DNA from: a virus
Reading direction: 5' to 3' (one strand)
Virus record (IMG/VR): IMGVR_UViG_3300017731_000001
Length of the DNA: 64,000 bases
The position numbers were made by a program, and so were the translations under genes. Each line of letters opens with the position of its first letter. The first letter of the stretch is position 1. This document shows positions 11,201-19,860 of the stretch, piece after piece. The notes below the pieces were generated by a model. The model was not told where the DNA came from. It searched no databases and worked only from the letters and a program-made list of their open reading frames with translations.

Positions 11201-12949
11201 GCAACGGCATCAGTAAAAGGACCATTAACTCAGAGCAAAAGAGTGGGTGGAGCAACAGGTAATGCTTCCTTTGGTTACTTTGGTGGAGGTAGACTTGACT
11301 CGGGTGGACCATCACCATGGAATCTTATATCAAATGTAGATCGTGTTGATTACTTAAATGACACTACAACGGCATTGTCAAAAGGACCATTAAGTGCTGC
11401 TAGATATCATATAGCAGCAACAGGCACTCAATCTTTTGGTTACTTTGGTGGGGGATGGACTGGATTTTCAACAATAGACCGTATTGATTATTCTAATGAC
11501 ACCGCAGCAGCAGTAGCAAAAGGACCATTAAGTTCTAGTACCTGGGGAGCATCTGCGACAGGAAATCAGAACTTTGGATACTTTGGTGGTAATGATGGTC
11601 CAAAATCAACAGTAGACCGTATTGATTATTCTAATGATACTGCAACGGCATCACCAAAAGGACCATTAAGTACTGCCAAGTATCTAACAGGAGCAACAGG
11701 TAATGCTTCATTCGGTTACTTTGCTGGTGGTAATCCTGGTCCATTATCAACAGTAGATCGTATTGATTATTCTAATGATACTGCTACAGCATCACCAAAA
11801 GGACCATTAAGTACTGCCAAGTATGCTTCAGGAGCAACAGGTAATACTGACTTTGGTTACATTGGTGGGGGTTATGATGCAAAATCAACAGTAGACCGCA
11901 TTGATTACTCTAATGACACAGCAACGGCATCAGTCAGAGGACCATTGAGTGATGCTAGACATTACTTCGCGGCATTAAGTGCCAGAGCCAACGGATTTAC
12001 TGTGGTCGGTCCAGCAGTGGTTTCTAATGCTGCTGCAGTCGCAGGATCATTTAACCCAACAACATTTGGTTACTTCGGTGGTGGTAGATCTCCAAGTTAT
12101 GTAACAACAGTAGATCGTATTGATTACTCCAATGATACGGCAGCTGCGACAACAAAAGGACCATTGAGTGCTGCTAGAAGTTATCTTGCAGCAACAGGTA
12201 ATAGTTTCTTTGGTTACTTTGGTGGTGGATATCAAGGTTCGGCCAAACAAACCATAGTAGACCGTATTGATTATACTAATGACACTGCCACAGCATCACC
12301 AAAAGGACCATTGAGTGTCATTAGAAATAAATTAGCAGCAACAGGTAATACTGACTTTGGATACTTTGGTGGTGGTATTATCTCCGCACATGCGTCAACA
12401 GTAGACCGTATTGATTATTCTAGTGATACTGGAACAACACCAACAAAAGGACCATTAAGTGTTGCTAGATATGATTTAGCAGCAACAGGTAATGCTTCCT
12501 TTGGTTATTTTGCTGGTGGTGAGTCAGCACCTGGTCCAATATTATCAACAGTAGACCGTATTGATTATTCTAATGATACCGCAACAGCAGTAGCAAAAGG
12601 ACCATTAAGTGCTGCCAACGATCGGTTAGCAGCAACAGGTAATTCTTCCTTTGGTTACTTTGGTGGGGGTTATCCTGAAAAATCAATAGTAGATCGTATT
12701 GATTACTCTAATGATACGGCAACAGCAGTAGCAAAAGGACCATTAAGTGTTGGTAGAAGACTATCGGGAGCAACAGGTAATGCTTCCTTTGGTTATTTTA
12801 CTGGTGGTGCGACTCCTGGTGTAGCATCATCAGTAGACCGTATTGATTACTCTAATGACACGGCAACGGCATCAGCAAAAGGACCATTAAGTCTTGCTAG
12901 ATATGGTTTAGGAGCAACTTCAGCAGGAGCAAATGCACTTCCATCATAG
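8219..12949 (+). CDS. Giant Kelch-like beta-propeller repeat protein 2 (30 repeats, 5 x 6 blades)
   Basis: Same repeat and same four linkers as protein 1 (RENVAPQGTD; RANAIPLKGPGNLEVP; IPTENIVNYAAGTLATPNT; VVSNAAAVAGSFNPT). Confidence 0.8.
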   Translation: MPRGIFRLKQVYEEQLSGNWSEKEDVWNTPSPFTKAHPFGYFGGGRAPSVVSTVDRVDYSNDTATATAKGPLSVAISIMGATGNANFGYFGGGYPGPTVSSVDRVDYTNDTATAAPKGPLSLSRYGVAATGNTSFGYFGGGYAGGGVSTVDRIDYSNDTATASAKGPLSVVRHYHGATGNADFGYFGGGSGPKSSVDRIDYSNDTATASPKGPLSLARGGPAATGNSSFGYFGGGYPGPRSTVDRIDYSNDTATAVAKGPLSSARYSQGATGSASFGYFGGGEPGPAVSNVDRIDYSNDTATAAAKGPLSVARFHLAASSSQANGITTPTLFPASSVRENVAPQGTDFGYFGGGSPGTKSTVDRIDYSNDTATAVAKGPLSSARYLPGATGNANFGYFGGGQTPSTVSTVDRIDYSNDTATAVAKGPLSVVRYGVAATGNSSFGYFGGGAPGSLTSVDRVDYSNDTATASPKGPLSAVKYFHAASGNASFGYFGGGAPGPTSTVDRIDYSNDTATASPKGDLSHSASYFAATGDANFGYFGGGDPGPSSTISRIDYSNDTATATAKGPLSVGRKFHGATGSSSFGYFGGGSAPSASATVDRVDYSNDTATASVKGPLTVARNFPTACSSRANAIPLKGPGNLEVPVLMGAFNVITPQGTDFGYFGGGLAPGSSSSVDRIDYSNDTATAVEKGPFSVTRYGAAATGNQSFGYFAGGNGPLSSVDRIDYSNDTATAAAKGPLTAGKRYYGATGNSSFGYFGGGSGSGGPISSVDRIDYSNDTATASPKGPLSAATYVTGATGNANFGYIGGGYQNPNLYSTVDRIDYSNDTATAVAKGPLSAGRRRLAATGNSDFGYFGGGNDPEQSTVDRVDYSNDTATAPAKGPLSLARAYLAATGNASFGYFGGGESPPGPGAVSTVDRVDYSNDTATASAKGPLSVTRRYFRATSSRDNGIPTENIVNYAAGTLATPNTGYFGGGTPSTVSTVDRIDYSNDTATASVKGPLTQSKRVGGATGNASFGYFGGGRLDSGGPSPWNLISNVDRVDYLNDTTTALSKGPLSAARYHIAATGTQSFGYFGGGWTGFSTIDRIDYSNDTAAAVAKGPLSSSTWGASATGNQNFGYFGGNDGPKSTVDRIDYSNDTATASPKGPLSTAKYLTGATGNASFGYFAGGNPGPLSTVDRIDYSNDTATASPKGPLSTAKYASGATGNTDFGYIGGGYDAKSTVDRIDYSNDTATASVRGPLSDARHYFAALSARANGFTVVGPAVVSNAAAVAGSFNPTTFGYFGGGRSPSYVTTVDRIDYSNDTAAATTKGPLSAARSYLAATGNSFFGYFGGGYQGSAKQTIVDRIDYTNDTATASPKGPLSVIRNKLAATGNTDFGYFGGGIISAHASTVDRIDYSSDTGTTPTKGPLSVARYDLAATGNASFGYFAGGESAPGPILSTVDRIDYSNDTATAVAKGPLSAANDRLAATGNSSFGYFGGGYPEKSIVDRIDYSNDTATAVAKGPLSVGRRLSGATGNASFGYFTGGATPGVASSVDRIDYSNDTATASAKGPLSLARYGLGATSAGANALPS

Positions 12950-12981
12950 TATGCTATAATAAACAAAAGATTGATTATATG
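12947..12981 (+). promoter_or_regulatory. Conserved 35-bp junction element copy 2 with extended -10 (TGCTATAAT)
   Basis: TAGTATGCTATAATAAACAAAAGATTGATTATATG, running from the stop codon to the next start codon. Confidence 0.8.
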
Positions 12982-13596
12982 AGACAGAACATTATTGTTG
13001 TTGATGACTTTTATGATAATCCAGAAGAGGTCAGGAACTTTGCACTGAACGCAGAGTTTCCTGATCCTGGTGATGACTATACATATCCTGGAAGAAACTC
13101 AGAAGGTGCTTATTATTCTGAACAAATTCATAGAAAGTTTGAGGATCTTGCCAAGGAACCATTGATTCCTGCAGATAAAAATGGATACTTTCGTATTTCA
13201 TTAGAGAATGCCTCACATAAACAAGACGTTCATGTAGATCCATCATGGGAATGGGGTGCCGTAATCTATATGTCAGACCCAAAGGATTGTGTTGATGAAG
13301 GTGGCACATCATTCTGGAGACATAATACTCTAAAGTATGAGAACATTCCCAAGACAGATTTTGAGGCACAACATCACGGATGGCCAACATACAAAGAGTG
13401 TTGGTGGACGATGGTCTATGGTGATGGACTAGATAGAGATAAATGGACACGATACTTTCTGTGTCCGATGAAGTATAATCGTTTAGTATTATTCAGAACT
13501 CATCTGTGGCACTCACATAATTATAATTTTGGTGATACACTAGAGAATGGTCGTATGGTCCAGTTGTTCTTTTTTAATCCAGTGAAGGAGTGGTGA
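12979..13596 (+). CDS. DUF6445-like 2OG-Fe(II) oxygenase
   Basis: VVDDFY..P..VR, YPGR, HVD, AVIY, GGTSFW, YNRLVLF, distal H (LWHS), R-x-x-Q-L-F-F. Confidence 0.75.
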   Translation: MRQNIIVVDDFYDNPEEVRNFALNAEFPDPGDDYTYPGRNSEGAYYSEQIHRKFEDLAKEPLIPADKNGYFRISLENASHKQDVHVDPSWEWGAVIYMSDPKDCVDEGGTSFWRHNTLKYENIPKTDFEAQHHGWPTYKECWWTMVYGDGLDRDKWTRYFLCPMKYNRLVLFRTHLWHSHNYNFGDTLENGRMVQLFFFNPVKEW

Positions 13597-14430
13597 ATGA
13601 AAACATATCATTTTATGGCAGGTCTTCCACGATCCGGAAGCACCTTATTGAAGAGTTTGATTGACCAGAATCCAAACATTCATACAGAACCTGTGAGTTC
13701 TGTAATGGAATTGATGTATCATACGGAAGAATACTTTAAGAAATCAGAACAGTATCAGGGATATCAAAAACCACAGAATGCTCATAAGATTATCAGTAGT
13801 TTTATAGAGAATCAATATTATGAAAGAGAAGAAGAGATAATCATTGACCACTGCCGTGCCTGGCCAAATAATATAGAACGATTAAAGACTTATATTACAC
13901 CTAATCCAAAAATCATATGTCCTGTCCGTAATATCACAGAAGTATTGACTTCATTTATTACAATGATACATCGCAACTCCGATGAATTTAATTTTATTGA
14001 TAAGGCACTGATTGATGGTGGGTTCAGTGTGGATGATGATAATCGTTGTCAGTATTTGATGGGTGATGATGGTATTGTGGAACAGGCACTATGGGCACAG
14101 TCTCAGGCATTCGTTCGGCACGATGATAAGTATTTGTTGATGGTTGAGTATGATGATTTAGTCAATACTCCAGAAGAAACGATGAGAAGAATTTATAATT
14201 TCTTGGAGGTTGATTACTATCATCACGATTTTAATAATGTGCAGAATAATCATAGAGAAAGTGAAGACCAGTGGAACCTGAAGGATATGCATTATGTTCG
14301 TGATAAGGTCAAGAAAATATCAAAGAAACCCGAAGATGTTTTATCTCCTTTTATTCTAAATAGGTATAAGAAACTGGAATACTGGAAGTATCCGGACAGC
14401 CCCTATTTGATAAAAAATGGCAGTAACTAA
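13597..14430 (+). CDS. Sulfotransferase (PAPS-dependent)
   Basis: 5'-PSB loop MAGLPRSGSTLL, KIICPVRN...S, VEYDDLVNTP. Confidence 0.85.
   Translation: MKTYHFMAGLPRSGSTLLKSLIDQNPNIHTEPVSSVMELMYHTEEYFKKSEQYQGYQKPQNAHKIISSFIENQYYEREEEIIIDHCRAWPNNIERLKTYITPNPKIICPVRNITEVLTSFITMIHRNSDEFNFIDKALIDGGFSVDDDNRCQYLMGDDGIVEQALWAQSQAFVRHDDKYLLMVEYDDLVNTPEETMRRIYNFLEVDYYHHDFNNVQNNHRESEDQWNLKDMHYVRDKVKKISKKPEDVLSPFILNRYKKLEYWKYPDSPYLIKNGSN
14356..14362 (+). promoter_or_regulatory. Putative late promoter (CTAAATA) for giant gene 3
   Basis: Late box about 55 nt upstream of ATG 14417, inside the sulfotransferase 3' end. Confidence 0.5.
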
Positions 14431-17400
14431 TACAAGAGGAATATTTTCATTACTTGATGTAAGAGAAAGACAGGGTGCCGGAGTTTGGTCTACGAAAGGA
14501 GATGTTTGGAATACTCCGAGTCCTTTTTTGGTGCCACAAGGATTTGCTACTGGATATTTTGCTGGCGGGGCATATACAATTTCAACAGTAGATCGTATTG
14601 ATTACTCTAATGACACTGCAACGGCATCGGTAAAAGGACCATTAAGTGTTGGTAGAAATTCTCTAGGAGCAACAGGTAATAAGGACTTTGGTTACGTTGG
14701 TGGTGGTGCGAGTCCTTCTGTAGTATCAACAGTAGACCGCATTGATTATTCTAGTGATACTGGAACAACACCAGCAAAAGGACCACTTAGTGATGTTAGA
14801 AGACGTCAAGCAGCAACAGGTAATGCTTCCTTCGGTTACTTTGGTGGTGGTACTCCATCATCACAGGTTAGATTAACAATAGTAGACCGCATTGATTACT
14901 CTAATGATACTGCAACGGCATCACCAAAAGGACCATTAAGTTCTGCTAGATCATACCATGCGGCAACAGGTAATTCTTCCTTTGGATACTTTGCTGGTGG
15001 TTCCACTCCAAGTAAAGTAACAACAGTAGACCGTATTGATTATTCTAATGACACGGCAACAGCATCAGTCAAAGGACCATTAAGTCTTGCTAGAGATACT
15101 TCGGGAGCAACAGGTAATGCTGATTTTGGTTACTTTGGTGCTGGTTATGGATCTAGCATATTTTCAACAGTAGATCGTATTGATTATTCTAATGATACTG
15201 CGACAGCAGCAGCAAAAGGACCATTGAGTGCTGTTAAAGCAGCTTTAGGAGCAACTGGTAATAGTTCCTTTGGATACTTTGGTGGTGGTTATCCTGGTCC
15301 TGCATATTCAACAGTAGACCGTATTGATTACTCTAATGACACCGCAACGGCATCAGTCAAAGGACCATTAAGTGTTGCCAGATCATTCATGAAAGCATTA
15401 AGTTCCAGAGCTAATGCAATTCCCGCAAAATTATTACAACCGGCATCATCAGTAAGAACGGGTGAGATAGCACCACAAGGATCTGACTTTGGTTACTTTG
15501 GTGGAGGTTATGATGGTTCTACTACCGTATCAACAGTAGACCGTATTGATTATTCTAATGACACTGCAACGACAGTGGCAAAAGGACCATTAAGTGTTGC
15601 TAAAAATGGTATGGGAGCAACAGGTAATGCTCCCTTTGGATATTTTGGTGGTGGTAGTCCTGGACCATTATCATCAGTAGACCGTATTGATTACTCTAAT
15701 GACACTCCAACGGCATCAGCAAAAGGACCATTGAGTGTTGCTAGATATTATTTGGCAGCAACAGGTAATAGTGATTTTGGTTATTTTGCTGGTGGTGATA
15801 CGATTATTTCAACAGTAGATCGTGTTGATTATAATAATGACACTGCAACAGCAGCAGTAAAAGGACCATTGAGTACTGCTAGAGATGAATTAGCAGCAAC
15901 AGGTAATACTTCTTTCGGTTACTTTGGTGGAGGTGCAACACCTACTGTAGTATCATCAATAGATCGCATTAATTATGCTAATGATACTGCTACTGCATCA
16001 CCAAAAGGACTATTGAGTCAAGGTAGAAAAGATTTTGCAGCAACAGGTAATGCTTCTTTTGGATACTTTGGTGGTGGAGCTTCTCCTAGTAATGTATCAA
16101 CAGTAGATCGTATTGATTACTCTAATGATACTGCTACGGCATCACCTAAAGGATCATTGAGTACTGCTAAGTTTTTTCTAAGTGCAACAGGTGATCAGAA
16201 CTTTGGTTATTTTGGTGGTGGTCTTAATCCTGCTCTAAGTCCGGCTAGAAAAACAACAGTAGATCGTATTGATTACTCTAATGATACTGTAACAGCATCA
16301 CCTAAAGGTTCATTAAACACTGAAAAAACTGCTTTAGGAGCATCAAGTTCCAGAGCCAATGCAATGCCACTCAAAGGAACTGGTAACCTAGAAGTTCCAG
16401 TCTCATTGGGTGGGTTTAGTGCTCCTGGTCTTGTTCCTGTTTCTGGTGGCATTGGTTATTTTGTTGGTGGAACTAGCCCTACTACGTCAGTAATAGATCG
16501 TATTGATTACTCTAATGACACCGCAACGGCAGTAGAAAAAGGACCACTAAGTGCTGCTAGATATGACCATGCCGGAACAGGTAGTGCGGATTTTGGATAC
16601 CATGGTGGTGGTCGTCCTTCTCCACATAATCGGGTAGAGCGTATTGATTATGGTAATGATACCGCAACAGCAGTAGTAAAAGGACCATTAAGTGGAACTC
16701 ATTATAGTTTATCAGCAGTAGGTAATAAGGACTTTGGTTATTTTGCTGGTGGTTTTTTAAGTATATCGAGAGTGAGTCGTGTTGATTATTCCAATGATAC
16801 TGGAACAGCACCAGCAAAAGGACCATTAAGTGTTGGTAGAGGAAGTGCCGGGGCAACAGGTAATCAAGACTTTGGTTACATTGCTGGTGGTAATCTTCCT
16901 TCTGGGTTCTTATCAACAGTAGATCGTATTGATTATTCTAATGATACTGCAACGGCATCACCAAAAGGTCCATTAAGTGTTGCCAAATATCGTCTAGCAG
17001 GAACGGGTAATAGTGAGTTTGGTTACCTTGCTGGTGGTTCTCCTAATTCTGGGACACTAGTAGAGCGTATTGATTATTCTAATGATACTGCTACAGCATC
17101 ACCAAAAGGAAACTTGGAGACTAGTAAAGAACTTCTTGCGGCAACGGGTAGTGAAAACTTTGGATACTTTGGTGGTGGTTTGAGTAATGGATCAATAGTA
17201 GACCGTATTGATTACTCCAATGATACTGCTACAGCATCACCAAAAGGACCATTGACTGTTGCTAGATATCAACGATCTGCGTCAAGTCGTACTGCTAATG
17301 GAATTGCATTAAAGGAGGCAGGAGAAATAAATTATGCTGCAGGAACTCTAGCAACTCCTAACACCGGTTACTTTGGTGGTGGTTATACTCCTAGTGCAAG

Positions 17401-19165
17401 ATCATTAGTAGATCGTATTGATTATGCTAACGATACTGCTACAGCAGTAGCAAAAGGACCATTAAGTGTTGCCACATATCAATTTGGAGCAACAGGTAAT
17501 GCTTCCTTTGGTTACTTTGCCGGTGGTATTCCTGGAATATCAACAGTAAACCGTATTGATTACTTAAATGACACTGGAACAACGCCAACAAAAGGACCAT
17601 TAAGTGCTGGTAGACGAAATGTGTCGGGAACAGGTAATGCCGACTTCGGTTACTTTGCCGGTAGCTACCCTCCAGCAACAACAGTAGACCGTATTGATTA
17701 CTCCAATGATACTGCAACGGCATCACCTAAAGGACCATTAAGTGCTGCTAGATATAGTGCGGCCGCAACAGGTAATCAATCTTTTGGTTACTTTGGTGGT
17801 GGTAATTTAACTTCAATATCAACAGTAGATCGTATTGATTATTCTAATGACACTGCAACGGCATCACCAAAAGGACCATTAAGTTCTGCTAAACGAGGTG
17901 TAGGAGCAACAGGTAATGCTTCCTTTGGTTACTTTGCTGGTGGTGTTGGTTCAGGACCAATATCAACAACAGTAGATCGTATTGATTATTCTAGTGATAG
18001 TGTAGATGCATCACCAAAAGGATCATTGAGTGCTGTCAGACGTTCACAAGGAGCAACAGGTAATAGTTCTTTTGGTTACCATGGTGCTGGATATGGTTCT
18101 CCTGCAACTTTATCATCAGTAGACCGTGTTGATTATTCCAATGATACTGCAACGGCATCACCAAAAGGACCATTGAATACTGCTCTATATGGTTTGGTAG
18201 CAGCAAGTGCCAGAGCCAACGGATTCGGTCCAATAGTAGGTCCATCAGTCGTTTCTAATGCTGCTGCAGTCGCAGGGTCATTTAATCCAACAACCTTTGG
18301 TTACTTTGGTGGTGGTTATAGTCCAGACCGTTCAACAGTAGACCGTATTGATTACTCTAACGACACTGCAACAGCAGTAGCAAAAGGACCATTGACTGCT
18401 GCCAGATATAACTTAGCAGCAACTGGTAATTCTTTCTTTGGTTATTTTGGTGGTGGTGAATCTCCAATAATATCAACAGTAGACCGTATTGATTATTCTA
18501 ATGACACTGCAACAGCAGTAGCAAAAGGACCATTAAGTGTTGCTAGATGGGGTTTAGCAGCAACAGGTAATTCTTCTTTCGGTTACTTTGCTGGTGGTGT
18601 ATCTTCTGGATACACTTCAGTAATAGATCGTATTGATTATTCTAACGACACCGCAACAGCAGCAGCAAAAGGACCATTAAGTGATGAAACATATTACTTA
18701 GCAGCAACAGGCAATAATGACTTTGGTTACTTTGGTGGTGGTATTCATCCTGGTTCAAAATCAACAGTAGACCGTATTGATTATTCTAATGACACTGCCA
18801 CAGCAGTCAAAGGTCCATTAAGTCTTGCTAGAAATCGTTTAGCAGCAACCGGTAATGCTTCCTTTGGTTACTTTGGTGGTGGTGGTTATCCTAGTGCAAA
18901 ATCAACAGTAGATCGTATTGATTATTCTAACGACACCGCAACGGCATTAGCAAAAGGTCCATTGAGTGTTGCTAAAAGAGATTTGGCAGCAACAGGTAAT
19001 CAGGACTTTGGTTACTTTGGTGGTGGTGCTCCTGGTCCAAAATCAACAATAGACCGTATTGATTACTCTAATGATACTGCAACGGCACCATCTAAAGGAC
19101 CATTGAGTCTTGCTAGACATGGTTTGGGAGCAACTTCAGCAGGAGCAAATGCACTTCCACAATAG
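14417..19165 (+). CDS. Giant Kelch-like beta-propeller repeat protein 3 (30 repeats, 5 x 6 blades)
   Basis: Same repeat, homologous linkers and termini (WSTKGDVW.TPSPF ... GATSAGANALPQ). Confidence 0.8.
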   Translation: MAVTNTRGIFSLLDVRERQGAGVWSTKGDVWNTPSPFLVPQGFATGYFAGGAYTISTVDRIDYSNDTATASVKGPLSVGRNSLGATGNKDFGYVGGGASPSVVSTVDRIDYSSDTGTTPAKGPLSDVRRRQAATGNASFGYFGGGTPSSQVRLTIVDRIDYSNDTATASPKGPLSSARSYHAATGNSSFGYFAGGSTPSKVTTVDRIDYSNDTATASVKGPLSLARDTSGATGNADFGYFGAGYGSSIFSTVDRIDYSNDTATAAAKGPLSAVKAALGATGNSSFGYFGGGYPGPAYSTVDRIDYSNDTATASVKGPLSVARSFMKALSSRANAIPAKLLQPASSVRTGEIAPQGSDFGYFGGGYDGSTTVSTVDRIDYSNDTATTVAKGPLSVAKNGMGATGNAPFGYFGGGSPGPLSSVDRIDYSNDTPTASAKGPLSVARYYLAATGNSDFGYFAGGDTIISTVDRVDYNNDTATAAVKGPLSTARDELAATGNTSFGYFGGGATPTVVSSIDRINYANDTATASPKGLLSQGRKDFAATGNASFGYFGGGASPSNVSTVDRIDYSNDTATASPKGSLSTAKFFLSATGDQNFGYFGGGLNPALSPARKTTVDRIDYSNDTVTASPKGSLNTEKTALGASSSRANAMPLKGTGNLEVPVSLGGFSAPGLVPVSGGIGYFVGGTSPTTSVIDRIDYSNDTATAVEKGPLSAARYDHAGTGSADFGYHGGGRPSPHNRVERIDYGNDTATAVVKGPLSGTHYSLSAVGNKDFGYFAGGFLSISRVSRVDYSNDTGTAPAKGPLSVGRGSAGATGNQDFGYIAGGNLPSGFLSTVDRIDYSNDTATASPKGPLSVAKYRLAGTGNSEFGYLAGGSPNSGTLVERIDYSNDTATASPKGNLETSKELLAATGSENFGYFGGGLSNGSIVDRIDYSNDTATASPKGPLTVARYQRSASSRTANGIALKEAGEINYAAGTLATPNTGYFGGGYTPSARSLVDRIDYANDTATAVAKGPLSVATYQFGATGNASFGYFAGGIPGISTVNRIDYLNDTGTTPTKGPLSAGRRNVSGTGNADFGYFAGSYPPATTVDRIDYSNDTATASPKGPLSAARYSAAATGNQSFGYFGGGNLTSISTVDRIDYSNDTATASPKGPLSSAKRGVGATGNASFGYFAGGVGSGPISTTVDRIDYSSDSVDASPKGSLSAVRRSQGATGNSSFGYHGAGYGSPATLSSVDRVDYSNDTATASPKGPLNTALYGLVAASARANGFGPIVGPSVVSNAAAVAGSFNPTTFGYFGGGYSPDRSTVDRIDYSNDTATAVAKGPLTAARYNLAATGNSFFGYFGGGESPIISTVDRIDYSNDTATAVAKGPLSVARWGLAATGNSSFGYFAGGVSSGYTSVIDRIDYSNDTATAAAKGPLSDETYYLAATGNNDFGYFGGGIHPGSKSTVDRIDYSNDTATAVKGPLSLARNRLAATGNASFGYFGGGGYPSAKSTVDRIDYSNDTATALAKGPLSVAKRDLAATGNQDFGYFGGGAPGPKSTIDRIDYSNDTATAPSKGPLSLARHGLGATSAGANALPQ

Positions 19166-19197
19166 TATGCTATAATAAACAAAAGATTGATTATATG
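19163..19197 (+). promoter_or_regulatory. Conserved 35-bp junction element copy 3 with extended -10 (TGCTATAAT)
   Basis: Identical to copy 2. Confidence 0.8.
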
Positions 19198-19857
19198 ATT
19201 AATAATCCACTGACACATATTTTGATCCGACCGAATGTAATTTCTCCTGAAGGTATTCGGGAGATGGTGGATCATATTAAACAATCACCCTGTGAAGACT
19301 TATCTGTTTTTGATTCGGAGACAACGAATAGAACAGGTGAGACATCATGGCAGGTTGATAAGAAGACAAGAGACACACAAATTGTTCCTATGGGAGATTT
19401 GTATCCCAAGATTACGGAACTTCTTCGTCATGCCGTAAAAGAAGTTATCAATCCTTTCTATGGTATTGAGGTAACCAGTAGTGAAGTCCCACAGGTTCTA
19501 TCCTATGGTATTGGTGGACACTACAAACCTCATATTGATGGTGAGAGTATCTGGGTCACACCAAGAGGTGAAAAGATTTGGAAGAAATCTACGGATAGAG
19601 ATATCTCTATGGTCTTTTATCTCAATGATGATTTTGAGGGTGGAGATTTTATTTTTCCAGAACATCATATTCGTGTAAGACCTGAACCTGGTATGATGGT
19701 TTGCTTCCCTTCCAGTCATTATTATATGCACGGAGTAGAACCAGTGACAAGAGGAAAAAGATATAGTATAGTGTGTTGGGCTACGGTAAAAGGTCAACCA
19801 AGTATGGACGAAATTAATAATCAGTTATCTCAAGAGTATGGAGTCAAAGTAATTTAA
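19195..19857 (+). CDS. Prolyl-4-hydroxylase-like 2OG-Fe(II) oxygenase
   Basis: Y..GGHYKPHID, YLNDDFEGGDFIFP, HGVEPVTRGKRYSIVCW. Confidence 0.85.
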   Translation: MINNPLTHILIRPNVISPEGIREMVDHIKQSPCEDLSVFDSETTNRTGETSWQVDKKTRDTQIVPMGDLYPKITELLRHAVKEVINPFYGIEVTSSEVPQVLSYGIGGHYKPHIDGESIWVTPRGEKIWKKSTDRDISMVFYLNDDFEGGDFIFPEHHIRVRPEPGMMVCFPSSHYYMHGVEPVTRGKRYSIVCWATVKGQPSMDEINNQLSQEYGVKVI

Positions 19858-19860
19858 ATT

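Noticed and set aside
471-19165. CRISPR-like alternation of constant and variable DNA
   Set aside because: The repeats are in-frame protein-coding units of about 140-150 bp with synonymous variation and very short variable parts; no cas operon is present.
724-19284. Many short minus-strand ORFs with recurring HHQSNQ/LLLL/YHWNNQY motifs
   Set aside because: Antisense shadows of the plus-strand repeat; no independent start signals.
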